64,000 nucleotides of DNA from a virus (lineage: Duplodnaviria > Caudoviricetes): positions 1-64,000 of IMG/VR virus record IMGVR_UViG_2914436621_000001; one strand, 5' to 3'. A model generated the notes under the pieces. That model ran no database searches and was not told the DNA's origin. It saw only the letters and a program-made list of their open reading frames with translations. The position numbers were made by a program, and so were the translations under genes. How positions within the stretch are numbered: the first letter of the stretch is position 1; every line of letters begins with the position of its first letter. Shown here in pieces: positions 10,340 through 21,140 of the stretch.

Positions 10340-13300
10340 CTAGATGCCTGAATCCAGCGCGTTAGATCGGCTGATGTCGCTGTAGATTCGACCTGCCAAG
10401 CCCAAATCGTCCACATTGTTAATCGTCAGGTTCGGCCTGCCGTTGGCGCGTTCCGTGGCCTCAATCAGGCGATCGAGCTTCTCCGACAGTTCTGATTGAT
10501 TAATCTGCCCCGCATCGAAGGCCCGTGCCAGCGAGTCGGCCTGCAACTTGCCTTTGAAACCGCCCTCATCCATCAACTCAGCCAGTTTCAGGATGTAGCC
10601 TTGATTGCCACGACTGAGGATTTCCTCAAAGTAAGGATTGTTCTCATTTTGAGAGGCGACGATCGAAGCCGCCGAAGCCGTCCCACCCTGCTCTCTCGCC
10701 TGGTTCAGCATTCGATTAGCGTCTTGCAGTTTGGAGCTTTCTTCGCGACTGAGGATCATCCCGCCACTCTTCAAAAACGCCTGATCCATCTCCATCCGTA
10801 GATTTTGCAGTGACGTTTGATTTAGTTCCTGCAACTGCTCTGCCATGCGGCCAAACTCGGCGCGGGTTAGTTCGCCCTGGCGCTGCAACTCCTGCATCTC
10901 GTGAATGCGCGCTTCAAACCCGGAGCGCATCTCCTGCTCGCGAGCCTGCATCTCCAGTTCCATCGATCGCCACGAATCGCCACCGCCCATCAGCTTTTCG
11001 CGTTCAGCCTGCGCTCGTAGCAACTCGACACCAATGCCGCTCTCTCGCTGCCCAACCTGGAACAGCCGATTTGCTTCAGCTTGCTCAAACTCGTCACGCA
11101 GATTGCCCAATGACACCTGGTTGAGCTGTTCAAGCGTGACCTTCATCCGCTCAAACTCGTCAGCCGTCAGTTGCCCGGTGCGCTTCAACTCACTCAGCTC
11201 ACGCAGTTGCCCGTCGAACTGGGACTGGGTTTCCAGGGTTTTAGCGCGAAAGTCTAAGCCACGGGCGATCGCGCCATCTCCCCGGTTGCGAGCCGCTTGT
11301 GCCTGCGCCCCATAAAGTTGGACATCCAGACCAACCGCACGCTGCTGTGCCTGGAATCCACGCTCTTCCTCCAGCCGCTTGGCTTCCTCAAGCTGGAACT
11401 GCACCGCCTGGTCGTAGGCATCGCGATATTGCTGCATGTTGGACTGCAACACTGCGAGGCGATCGCTAGAGGTGCGGATCGTTTCATCCAATTGCGGCAA
11501 GAATTGCCCCATCTCCTGCGGCAAAATGCCCTGTGAAATGCCCTGCTGAATGGTGGTCTGCAACAGTTCAGCCTGGTCAACGGTCTGTTGCAACCCTCGC
11601 TTAAAGTCGTCCATGCCGCGCAGGCCGTCTTCAAACTCGCGCCCCATGCCGCGCAACGTATTCTGAAGCTGAAGTTCTGGCGTTTCAACCTGGCCGCGAG
11701 CCATCAAATCTTCAACCGTCCGGGTTTGGCCGCGAGCCGAATCATCCATCTGGCGATTGGCGCGCCACAGTCCGTAGCTGGCCTGAGACATCTGCAACTG
11801 TGCCTCAATCTTGGCAAACTGCTGCGATGCGGCGAGCTGTTGGTTGATGGAGTTGACCTGAGTTTGGTAGTTCTGTCCGGCGATCGCCACCGCGCTATTC
11901 ACCCCTTGTTGCCCAAACGTCGCGGCTTGAAGCGGGTTAGCTTGCTGCAATCCCTGAAGATTCATGCCAAACTGCCGCCCATCCGGTGTAATGCCCGGTT
12001 GTGCTGTTGCAGCAGGCACCATGCCCATCTGCGGTGCGGCCTCTCCAGTTGGGAGGGCGATCGGCGCAATTTGCCCATTCAAGTCTGGCAGGTTGTCTGT
12101 TCCGCCGAGATTCTCCTGCTCTTGTGGCATCATCCCTGGCACTGGCGCATATTGGCCTACCACCTGCCCCACAGACGGCAGTTGTTGTTGCAGTTGAAAT
12201 GCCTGCTGGAGCTGGCTGAAGTATTGATTCTGTGCCCCCAGGATTTGCTGTTGAGCGGCGATCGCATCATTCATCGGCTTGCTCAGCGCATCCACCAGTC
12301 CGATAAGCGACTCAACAAAATCTCCAATAAACGATTCCTGGAACCCAACGAGCGCTGATTTCAGTCGGCCTTGTGCCTGGGTCGTCTTGGCCTGAAGTGC
12401 CGTCTGCTGAGCGTTGAGCTGCACCTCCTTAGCTGATTGCTCAATCCCCCGGAAAAAGTCATAAACCTGAGTCGCCGTATCGCGCAACCGTTGAATGGCC
12501 TGAGCCTTGGACTCCTCAATTTGGGCATCGATGCTGACGCTTTCGGTTCGCAGTTGATCGAGCTGCTTTTTCTGATCAGCCGCCTGATTCAGCAAATCTT
12601 TCTGGGGAGAATCGCCCATGACGGCAATCCTGGCCTGCAAACTGGTTGGATTGATTTCATCAACCGATTTAATTCCAACCGAGTCCAATGCTTCCAGCAC
12701 ATCAGGAGTGTTAAGCAGGTTTTCCATTTGGTCTGCTGCCTGCTGATTGGCAGACATGCGAGACTTCATATCATCCTGTTCAATTTGCGATCGCGCAAAC
12801 TCCAGCTCGCCTGGTCGTACCCCGGCAATTTGAGTCGAGGCGATCGACTTCCGGGCAGTAGCAGCGCTGCGATCCAACTCCATGTTGGTTCGTTCGAGCT
12901 GCCCCTGGACATCTGCGAACCCGCGAGTTAAGCGCCCCAATACATCAGCCGTCTTGCCCAAAATTGCATTCAGTTGGTCTTGGCGCTTGATGGCACGCTC
13001 CATTGCAGCGTTTAGACGGTCAACCGTTGACTGATCGCCAGCCTCCTGTGCCTTGACAATTGCCGCTTCATAAAATTCAATCTGCTTGACTTGAGAAGAT
13101 TGGATTTCAGCAACGACTTCTCTTGGCTTCTCCAGTTGTTGAAGCAGTTCCTGCTCTCTGTTATCCAGTGCCCGTCTGCCCTCAACATCACCCGGCAGCA
13201 GCGCTCTACGCTCGGCCTGAACTCCTTCCAAATCTCCTTCAATACGAACAACGTCGGCCAGTGGCCCCTTCCCTCTAGCCTGCTGCTCAAACAGTCCACG

Positions 13301-16300
13301 GACATCATCCTCAATCTTCCAGCCCTGGCTAATCAGATCGTCAGCCGCCAAAGACTGTTGCTCAGCCCGGAGTTGCCCGTAGCTTCTCATTGGCAATGAG
13401 AAGCCAGTCATCTGCCCTAGCTTGTCTTCCTGGATAAAGCGCTCGATCTTGCCCAACCATCCAGGCAGCAACACCTCTCCGGTGTCGCCGATGCCGTTGT
13501 CAACGCTATAACCTGCACCGGGTAAACGCTGCCCTTTGCCAGGTGTCGGTACACTCACATCCTGAAGGCTCTCCAGCTTCATCCGATAGTTGTCAATGTT
13601 CTTGCCAGACTGCTCGGTAAACTTTCGAATCTCGCCCCCAGCGTCAGTGAAGGCTTTGCCAAAGGCGAAGGCAATGTCGATTAACGTGCTGAAAACAAAA
13701 GTTGTTGCAGCCAATTGGGCGATCGCCGGAATTGCGCCACGAATCGCACCCGCAAAAAACTTCATCACAGGCCCAGCGAGTCCCAGTTTAGCCAGCAAGC
13801 CGAGCGTTGATTCAAGCAATACGAGAACGCCTTTGGATACCAAAAGCACTAAGCCAGTCAGCAGGAAGCTCGCTGATTTCTGAGCTACTTCCATACCTTT
13901 AGACAACGCATCTAGCCCGGTATTGCGAGCGGGTAGCAACGGCTTGCCCAAATTCTCTTGCAGTTCCAGAAGGCTACTGTTAAAGCGATTGATTGATGCT
14001 TGAGATGAGCTAGCCGCATCCGGCAACCCAGTGGCCGATTCTGCTGACATTTGGGCGAAAAACTTAGGTATGTATTCTTCGCTGAGCAGCTCTCCACGCT
14101 GCATCATTCCTTCTAGTTCTTGCGTGCTGGTGCCAGCCGCCCGTGCCAAAATCTGATAGCTGGAACTGAAGATACCACCTACCTCCGAGAGTTGCCCCCG
14201 CATCTCCTCCGCACCGATCTTGCCCTTTCCAATCATCTGGGCGATCGCTGTATAGGCGCGTCCCTGCTGTTCATTGGTCAAACCGGAGATGGATACCGCC
14301 TCCTCCATAGATTCGCCCATCTTTTTGGTGATCGACCCCTCCAGTCGGGTGCCCCGTGCCGCCATTGCTAACTGCGCGTTCCCTTCCAATGCAGCTCTCA
14401 CGTCGGTTCCCAACGCCTTTGCCTGCGCTCGCACCTCGCGCATCGCCGACTGGCCCTTTGCCATTGAGCCATAGGCAAAGTTGAAATTGTTGCCGACCTG
14501 CTCCATTGAAGTGGCGACTGCCAGCGATGCAGGCGCGAACTTCATGAACAGGCCAGTTAGCGTCTGTAATACCTTAAAGGCGGCAAACGCGCCTAAAAGG
14601 GAGACTCCCATCGTCTTGCCATCCTTGGCAATCTTGCCGAAGATGCCAGCAATAACTGGGTGAGATTGAGTGAAACTCTGCACCATTGCATCAGTCGCTT
14701 CTGCTGCAATGTCTGAGATATAGTCAAAATCATCTTTTGCCTGAGTTCTTAAGTTGCTAGCAACCGAATTGATGATGTCAGGCGTTTGTTCTTCGAAGCT
14801 GTAGGCATCTGTTTCAGCCGCTTTAATCGTGGCTGATTCTTCTGGCGAAAAAACATAGCCACTGCGCTTGTAGGCTTGTTCCTGGACAGCCTGCAATGAA
14901 TAATTAGCAAGGCTATTTGCTGACTCGCTCGCATCCGATTCGCCAACTAATTCAAGCCCAAACTCTTGTTCTCCGGCTGCAATTTTGGAAATTGACTTCT
15001 GCCCATATCCCAGTTGAGCCGCATGTCTTAATTCATGCGTTAAATCCTTTAATTCATCAGAATATTGAGCCAGCCGACGAGGATTCTCGCTGAGAATTTT
15101 CTCAATTTCTTTAGAGACAATGATTTGATTGCGCTGGAAGTCATAGAGAGCCTTCACTCCCATCTGTTTCAGCTTCTGGTCATCGACTACCAGTTTTGGC
15201 AAGTCGGACGACTTCATCTCGACCTTGCTGAGGCTGGCGATCTCCCGTGCAAACTCGGCGTAGGTTTTGTCAAACGATTTCGCCGTTTGACGTTGCCAGA
15301 TGCGGTTAACTTGCATCGCCTGAGTGATCCGCTTTCTCGCTTCCTGGAAAGAGCGAGTTAGTTGAGCATCTGGAGTGATGCGAACTCTGGCCAAACCGAT
15401 ATCAGCGTCCGATCGCGTTTCGCTTGGTTGGGTTTCATTGGAGGACAGGCGATCGCGTTCATTCTCAATTTGCTCTGGAGTAATCCCCGCCGAAGTGTTG
15501 AGCCGATGTTGAGCACGTCCTTTGACCAGGCCATATTCAGACCGGAAATTGGGCGTTTGGATTTGACCCTGAAGGGCATCCATCATTGAAATATGTTCAA
15601 CGGTGGCCTGCCGCACCGCTTCCAAGGCATTAGTGCGAGCATCGCCCGATAGCTTCTCCGCCTCCTGAAGCTGGCTACCGATCTGCTTTTCAGTTTGGAT
15701 GAAGTCATTGAGCAGCTTGCGCTCCATCGTCATCCGCTTAGCCGCCTCCGCATCAGCGGCAACGATTTTGTCCGATAGCTGACTCTTATTGAGCTTGCTG
15801 GTACCCTTCAGGCTCATGCTTTCAGCGATTCGCTTCAAGTCAATCTTGCTCAGCGCCCCCAGGTCTTGTTTGAGTCCTTCCAGGTCGATGGGTTCTGGTT
15901 GGGGTGACTCAACGGGTTGAGTGATTGGTGCAGGTGTAGGCTGAGTGGTCGGTGCAGGCGTAGGCTGGGCAGCGGATGCATTGGGCATCTTCGATCGCAC
16001 CGTCTGCGCTGCCTGCTGCACTTTCTGGCTGGCATTCTGATTTAAGTCCTGCACCCGCTTGGTCAGCTTTTCCAATGCCGATGCGGCCTCAGGTGCGTCG
16101 TGAGTTAATGCCTGAACTTCCTTGAGCAGCTCAGGTGTGATTCCACCCGCCGTGAACTGCTTCAGCAGTCCCTGAACCTTTGGATCGTCGGCGTAGAGCG
16201 GCAGTTCGTGCCCTCCAACGCCATCCACAATCGGCGATGACGAATCACCGGCATAGCGCAGCGCATCACCGGCTCCCATGAGGGCGATCGCATTATCCTG

Positions 16301-18307
16301 CACGCCCTGAAACGCGCCAACATTGGGCGTGCCCATGCTCAACACACTGGCATCAACGCCCAACTCCTTAAGAATGGCCTGCGCTTCTCTGGCGATTAGC
16401 CCCCCGGCAGAATGCCCAATCAGGTCAACGCCGATGTCAGGATTGGCCTGCTTGTATTGATACGCTTCTGCGGCCATTCGTACCGCAGCCGGGTTATAGC
16501 CGCGATCGACCGTGCCAGAGACTTGATCGAGGACATCGCGAATCCAGCCGGGTACGTTCTTGGCCGCGTCTGTTTCTACTTCAAATTCGCGGTTCTCAAA
16601 CGGGATAACCTTCGCCCCATCAGCAATGTGGGGCTTCAGCGTTTCGGCCATCTTGTGGCTTCGCTGGCCACCTGTTGCAGAGAAGCCCGCCGAGACAAAC
16701 ACCACTCGTTTGGTGTCTGGATCAAGCGCTTCAATTGGAGTCATTGGACTCTGCATCCGGCTCGCCATGTCCTTGGCCGAGTTCTTCGCAGACTGTTTAT
16801 ATCGTGAGATAACGGCTTCTCTGGGATAGGCCGCCATTGACTGAAGCGATCGCGACAAATCCTTTAATGCCTTTGCCTTAGATGCTTCGTTGTCGGAGGT
16901 AGCGATCGCCTTAGCTAAATCGAGAAAGCTCTTCTTGGCAGATTCCAAATCCTGCTGAATAACCGACTCATCCAGGGATTGATTGAGAATGCTGCCCGTT
17001 CGCTGCGATGCCGCAGCGGCCATGTCCAGTGGCCCACCCTGAGCATCTCCAGGCAGCGTAACTCCATATTTCTGGAGGACTGGCGCAAACGCCTCCTTGA
17101 TATCTCCCAACTTATCGATCCGCGTCACCAGGGCATTGAGCGTGTCCACGCCAGACACACCCGCGCCAAATCCCCCGGCCTTGCGCCCTGCATCAACAAC
17201 CGATCGCCCGGTTCGTTCCTCTAGTTTTTCGATCGCTCCTGTTGCAAAGCGTTCGCCATATGCCGAGCCAATGCCTTGATAGAAACCCTCCAGAACGCCG
17301 CGAATCGGTTTGGTCAGGACTTTAGCTGGCAACGTTGCCGCCTTCTCCACCTTGCCCACAACGTCACGCTTGACCTGGCGCTCAAACTTCTCAACTCGCC
17401 CAGTAACGCCACGTTCTGGCGCATACAGCTTTTGGACAGTCTTTTGAAGTCGGTCTACCTCTTTGGCTAAGACATGCCCAATGCCGAGAAACTGGATACC
17501 CCCAAACTGCTTTTTAAGGATGCTGGAGGTCAATCCTAAAACTCTGGTGAATCCTTCCTCCAATGCCAGGTCAACAACGGGGATGAGTGTCCGCTCTAAC
17601 ACGCGCCCAACAATAATGTCAGCCGCCTTCCCGACTACTCCTTCTTTCTGTTGCTCAACAACAACCTGGACTTTTTGCTTAGCGCTGCCGCCTGCTGCGC
17701 CTGCTGGAGCTGCCGGGTTGGATTGATACCTGCCAACCTGCTGTGACGATTTGTAGGTGCGGTTTGTTTGTTCCTGTAGCCCAACGAGTCGCGCCTCTGC
17801 TGCGTCGATGTCGCTGGTGTCTACCCGTGGCTTGATTGGATGATTTTCTAGATAGGTGGAGACCTCCGAAACACGTCTCTTCGTGTCGGCAAGCCGCTGA
17901 TCTAGCTGGTCTAGCGGCTCAAGGTCAACCTCAACCTTGAGCGGATTGCTTTTGAGATAAGTAGAAAGTTCTCTGATCTGCTTTTTGGTATCATCCAGCC
18001 GCCGCTCCAGTAAATCTAGCTCGGCAAAGTTGACGTAAACCTTAAGCGGATTAGCTTTGAAGAATTTCTGAACTGTTTTAGCGTGCCGCACCTTTAAGTC
18101 AAGGTGCTGGTTCAGCTTGGTTAACGCATTGTCGTTAACCTTTGGGGTTAACACGGTCAGGTTGCGATTGGTATGCCGAAAGCTGGCTTCAATCTCTTTG
18201 CCAATTTCGATCGCAACCCGATGCGCTTCTTCCAGGCCAGCGTTATAGCCGGAAGCATCAAGTCCGAGTTCGAGAATCAGACTACCAAGCGTTGTCCCCT
18301 CACTCAT
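10340..18307 (-). CDS. Tape measure protein with embedded alpha/beta-hydrolase and HExxH peptidase-like domains
   Basis: TLGSLILELGLDAS N-terminus; tape-measure core AIAQMIGKGKIGAEEMRGQLSE; GHSAGG and HELRH motifs; ATG at 18307 overlaps upstream stop. Confidence 0.9.
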   Translation of the reverse strand: MSEGTTLGSLILELGLDASGYNAGLEEAHRVAIEIGKEIEASFRHTNRNLTVLTPKVNDNALTKLNQHLDLKVRHAKTVQKFFKANPLKVYVNFAELDLLERRLDDTKKQIRELSTYLKSNPLKVEVDLEPLDQLDQRLADTKRRVSEVSTYLENHPIKPRVDTSDIDAAEARLVGLQEQTNRTYKSSQQVGRYQSNPAAPAGAAGGSAKQKVQVVVEQQKEGVVGKAADIIVGRVLERTLIPVVDLALEEGFTRVLGLTSSILKKQFGGIQFLGIGHVLAKEVDRLQKTVQKLYAPERGVTGRVEKFERQVKRDVVGKVEKAATLPAKVLTKPIRGVLEGFYQGIGSAYGERFATGAIEKLEERTGRSVVDAGRKAGGFGAGVSGVDTLNALVTRIDKLGDIKEAFAPVLQKYGVTLPGDAQGGPLDMAAAASQRTGSILNQSLDESVIQQDLESAKKSFLDLAKAIATSDNEASKAKALKDLSRSLQSMAAYPREAVISRYKQSAKNSAKDMASRMQSPMTPIEALDPDTKRVVFVSAGFSATGGQRSHKMAETLKPHIADGAKVIPFENREFEVETDAAKNVPGWIRDVLDQVSGTVDRGYNPAAVRMAAEAYQYKQANPDIGVDLIGHSAGGLIAREAQAILKELGVDASVLSMGTPNVGAFQGVQDNAIALMGAGDALRYAGDSSSPIVDGVGGHELPLYADDPKVQGLLKQFTAGGITPELLKEVQALTHDAPEAASALEKLTKRVQDLNQNASQKVQQAAQTVRSKMPNASAAQPTPAPTTQPTPAPITQPVESPQPEPIDLEGLKQDLGALSKIDLKRIAESMSLKGTSKLNKSQLSDKIVAADAEAAKRMTMERKLLNDFIQTEKQIGSQLQEAEKLSGDARTNALEAVRQATVEHISMMDALQGQIQTPNFRSEYGLVKGRAQHRLNTSAGITPEQIENERDRLSSNETQPSETRSDADIGLARVRITPDAQLTRSFQEARKRITQAMQVNRIWQRQTAKSFDKTYAEFAREIASLSKVEMKSSDLPKLVVDDQKLKQMGVKALYDFQRNQIIVSKEIEKILSENPRRLAQYSDELKDLTHELRHAAQLGYGQKSISKIAAGEQEFGLELVGESDASESANSLANYSLQAVQEQAYKRSGYVFSPEESATIKAAETDAYSFEEQTPDIINSVASNLRTQAKDDFDYISDIAAEATDAMVQSFTQSHPVIAGIFGKIAKDGKTMGVSLLGAFAAFKVLQTLTGLFMKFAPASLAVATSMEQVGNNFNFAYGSMAKGQSAMREVRAQAKALGTDVRAALEGNAQLAMAARGTRLEGSITKKMGESMEEAVSISGLTNEQQGRAYTAIAQMIGKGKIGAEEMRGQLSEVGGIFSSSYQILARAAGTSTQELEGMMQRGELLSEEYIPKFFAQMSAESATGLPDAASSSQASINRFNSSLLELQENLGKPLLPARNTGLDALSKGMEVAQKSASFLLTGLVLLVSKGVLVLLESTLGLLAKLGLAGPVMKFFAGAIRGAIPAIAQLAATTFVFSTLIDIAFAFGKAFTDAGGEIRKFTEQSGKNIDNYRMKLESLQDVSVPTPGKGQRLPGAGYSVDNGIGDTGEVLLPGWLGKIERFIQEDKLGQMTGFSLPMRSYGQLRAEQQSLAADDLISQGWKIEDDVRGLFEQQARGKGPLADVVRIEGDLEGVQAERRALLPGDVEGRRALDNREQELLQQLEKPREVVAEIQSSQVKQIEFYEAAIVKAQEAGDQSTVDRLNAAMERAIKRQDQLNAILGKTADVLGRLTRGFADVQGQLERTNMELDRSAATARKSIASTQIAGVRPGELEFARSQIEQDDMKSRMSANQQAADQMENLLNTPDVLEALDSVGIKSVDEINPTSLQARIAVMGDSPQKDLLNQAADQKKQLDQLRTESVSIDAQIEESKAQAIQRLRDTATQVYDFFRGIEQSAKEVQLNAQQTALQAKTTQAQGRLKSALVGFQESFIGDFVESLIGLVDALSKPMNDAIAAQQQILGAQNQYFSQLQQAFQLQQQLPSVGQVVGQYAPVPGMMPQEQENLGGTDNLPDLNGQIAPIALPTGEAAPQMGMVPAATAQPGITPDGRQFGMNLQGLQQANPLQAATFGQQGVNSAVAIAGQNYQTQVNSINQQLAASQQFAKIEAQLQMSQASYGLWRANRQMDDSARGQTRTVEDLMARGQVETPELQLQNTLRGMGREFEDGLRGMDDFKRGLQQTVDQAELLQTTIQQGISQGILPQEMGQFLPQLDETIRTSSDRLAVLQSNMQQYRDAYDQAVQFQLEEAKRLEEERGFQAQQRAVGLDVQLYGAQAQAARNRGDGAIARGLDFRAKTLETQSQFDGQLRELSELKRTGQLTADEFERMKVTLEQLNQVSLGNLRDEFEQAEANRLFQVGQRESGIGVELLRAQAEREKLMGGGDSWRSMELEMQAREQEMRSGFEARIHEMQELQRQGELTRAEFGRMAEQLQELNQTSLQNLRMEMDQAFLKSGGMILSREESSKLQDANRMLNQAREQGGTASAASIVASQNENNPYFEEILSRGNQGYILKLAELMDEGGFKGKLQADSLARAFDAGQINQSELSEKLDRLIEATERANGRPNLTINNVDDLGLAGRIYSDISRSNALDSGI

Positions 18308-19534
18308 CGTCTTCTGCCTCCACCAGTTCCACGACCTCTTCGAATTGCCCAATCACTGCGACTACATTGGGCGGTAGTTTGCTGGCGAGAATGGCTTCCG
18401 CCAACACTTGTGCGGTGCGATCGCTCAACCGCCGTTGATGCACTTTTGCTTCAGACGGGAAGGGCAGCAGCTCCCACGGCTCCAGCTTCTTGCTGTCCTT
18501 GCCGCCGAAACCATTGAACAAACCGCTCCAGCCGATCGCATGAATGGAAGATTGAGCATTGGCCTCCTGTCGCTGGCGACGGGTGTAAAACTCAAGCGCT
18601 TGAAATATCAGCCAGTCAGGCTGACTGCCGAAATTCTCGTAATTGAATCGTTCATCTCGGCAGCCGCAATACTGGAGTTGCCAGAAAATCTCGCCCCAAT
18701 CTATTGGGCTGCGGCTGGCAAGGCGCTTGAGGAGTCGGAGGCTAGGTTCTTTCCCTCCGCATCTTCAGCAGGCTTTGCTTCCTCTTGCTCTGCCAGTCCG
18801 GTCATCTCGGCCTGGTAGAAGTTGTAAATGCGGATGATTAATTCTTCGGTTAGACACTCACGGGTGTGGTCTTCAGTCCAGTCAGCATCGCCAATCATGA
18901 GCTTGCCCGTCTCAAACTCACAGAGATAGCCGATCGCTTCATCTGCCAGGTTCTGAGCCAACGACTTGATCGTGACAACTTCTGCGCCAACTTCATGCGC
19001 TCCATCAACCTCAACCTTGAGGTAGCCGAACTTGATTTTTTGACCGTCGGCGATCGCAAAACTCAGCGGCTCTACGGTCAATGAGGTAGAGGTTGCTTTA
19101 GCCGGAACAACTAATTGCACCGGGTAAGCCACCCGATGACGAATGAATAAAGAGGCGGCTTTGATTGCCGTTGAGGCTGTATCTTCTCTCAGGTTCAACA
19201 GGTCAGCCGCCTCATCGGCGCTGAGATGGTCGTAAAGCGAGGGCATCTCTTCATCGGTCGCGCTGCCGTCAGCCGCGTCTTTGGTTGGCATGGCAAACAG
19301 GCGCTTACGAGCCTCAGATTTGCTAATGCCTTCTTCCTGTGCCAGTCGCTTAATCGCTTGCTGGAGAATCAGTTGCACCTTCGCCTGCCGATTACCCGCT
19401 TCTTGCAAATCAACTGGGTTCTCGCAGGGTGAGATGCCACCACGCTTTAGTAGATGAACAATGCCAACTTCGGGAGTACCGATCGCCCGGATTTCAGTCT
19501 TAGGAGCAACCAAAAACGGTAAAGCTTTTTTCAT
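18300..19534 (-). CDS. Tail assembly chaperone G (18701-19534) and -1 frameshift extension G-T (to 18300)
   Basis: G GGA AAG slippery heptamer at 18755-18749; the -1 frame is open without stop into ORF 18300-18521; lies between tail tube and tape measure. Confidence 0.85.
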
Positions 19535-19581
19535 GGAAATTCTCGACTAATGTCTCAACGCTGGTCGAGATTTCCCACGGG

Positions 19582-19842
19582 CTATGCCAGCTTGAATTCC
19601 AGGCGATCGCTCACATCCGTCATCACCACAAAGGTCAACGTTTGTCTGGCGCGGTCTGGCACCCAGATCTCATATTGTTCATCCGAGTTGCCGCCCACAG
19701 GCTGAAGGATCACGGTTTCGTCTAATCCTCTGGAGAACTGAGCCAGTCCACAGGTCAGCCTGCCATCGCCAATCGTGACGTTGACCAGAAGAACCTTCCA
19801 GTCTGCCGATCGCAGCAGTTTATGCGTCAGCGGGTTGCTCAC
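19582..19842 (-). CDS. Hypothetical protein
   Basis: 86-aa ORF in tail operon. Confidence 0.6.
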   Translation of the reverse strand: MSNPLTHKLLRSADWKVLLVNVTIGDGRLTCGLAQFSRGLDETVILQPVGGNSDEQYEIWVPDRARQTLTFVVMTDVSDRLEFKLA

Positions 19843-20149
19843 GTCTACCTCTGCCTCGGCGAGCTGGTGCTACTGTTGGCTCTTCTGCAACCCAAGGGTC
19901 TTGTACTGCTGTGCCAGTAGGGTTCTGACCTGGCGCAGGCGGTTCATCATCAGTCAGGCGATCGCTCGGCACATAGCCATAGAGCGCGGGTTCATCCAAT
20001 GTTTGAACCAGGCATTCTGCGCTAGTTTTCAAGACTTTGACCGGAGTATTGGGGGCGATCGCCACCCGAACTCCAGATAAAACTGGAAATTCACCTTCGT
20101 AGCGCATGAAATCGGGCTGAAAATGCTCGGTTTGTGTGGTCTTCGTCAT
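19820..20149 (-). CDS. Hypothetical protein (SH3-like N-terminal region)
   Basis: 109-aa ORF; NTPVKVL...GYVPSDRL. Confidence 0.55.
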   Translation of the reverse strand: MTKTTQTEHFQPDFMRYEGEFPVLSGVRVAIAPNTPVKVLKTSAECLVQTLDEPALYGYVPSDRLTDDEPPAPGQNPTGTAVQDPWVAEEPTVAPARRGRGRREQPADA

Positions 20150-20241
20150 GGGTCAACCTAATAGCTGAAAACTTCAAAGCTAGGCTCTATTCCTATTAGA
20201 AATAGAGCCTAAAAGCGTTGACAGTAATGAAACTGAGAGAA

Positions 20242-20973
20242 TTAAGCGTTCTTTGCGCTGAGGTACGAAACAGCAGGCGTATAAACGTAGCTCAAGCCTT
20301 GACCTTGCAACTGGAAGGTATATTTCACGATGTCGCGCAGGGCAGCGGAGAAGTTGAGGTTCATCACCTTGCCAGCACCCTCAAACTTTTCGCCAGAAGG
20401 TAAAAGCAGTTCAAAGTAGATTTCGTTCCGCGCCTGGCTGTCATCCAGGATGAGTGGAGCAACGATTTTATCCATTGCGCGATCGCCCTGAATCCGGTTG
20501 CCAGAGCACTGGAAGTTCCGGTTAATGCCCGTCACCACAGACTCTTGACCGAAACCAGACAGGAAGTTTGTTACGTCCACGGTGGTCGTTTCAGCGCTAG
20601 GAGACGCTTCAGTAAGACCGAGCAACGGTAGCAGGGCGCGAGTGCTTGTGGTTGCGCCGCTGGCAATGTTGGCGCTTGTAGGAGCAAGCAGATTGAGAGT
20701 GGTAGGAGTGGTTTGATCCACGATCGCATCATCCCGCACGATGACAGACACCGCACCGAACGTCAGCGAGCTACCCGCCGCGATGTACAGATCATCGTTG
20801 GCTTGCAGGTTACCGCCTGATGCGGTTACAGAAAGAGCCACCGCGCCGCTATTCGCAAGCGTAGTGGTGGTCAGGGTATATTGAGCGGGAACGCGGCTGT
20901 TAGTAGCCAACTTCCCGACAAGAAGCTTTGTGCCCTCGGTGATCACGACGGCTGAAGCGTAATTAATAGGCAT
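20242..20973 (-). CDS. Major tail tube protein
   Basis: ETTTVDVTNF..G...V.GI.....SGN...EIYFELLLPSGEKFEG.G.V...F......Y.F.LQGQG siphoviral tube motif; position in operon. Confidence 0.8.
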   Translation of the reverse strand: MPINYASAVVITEGTKLLVGKLATNSRVPAQYTLTTTTLANSGAVALSVTASGGNLQANDDLYIAAGSSLTFGAVSVIVRDDAIVDQTTPTTLNLLAPTSANIASGATTSTRALLPLLGLTEASPSAETTTVDVTNFLSGFGQESVVTGINRNFQCSGNRIQGDRAMDKIVAPLILDDSQARNEIYFELLLPSGEKFEGAGKVMNLNFSAALRDIVKYTFQLQGQGLSYVYTPAVSYLSAKNA

Positions 20974-21058
20974 ATGGGATATCCCTCTTGCATGGCTGCA
21001 TTGGGGTTCCCACGCCTATTTGGGCTGGGGTGTAGGGCTAGATTGGGCGATCGCCTAT

Positions 21059-21083
21059 CCAAATCCGCAACGGTTGCGGAAAT
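21059..21083. repeat. Palindrome family A copy
   Basis: CCAAATCCGCAACGGTTGCGGAAAT. Confidence 0.85.
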
Positions 21084-21140
21084 GAACAAAAAAATAAGAC
21101 CCTGGCAACCAGAGTCTTACTGTTATCCCGCAAAGCACTT

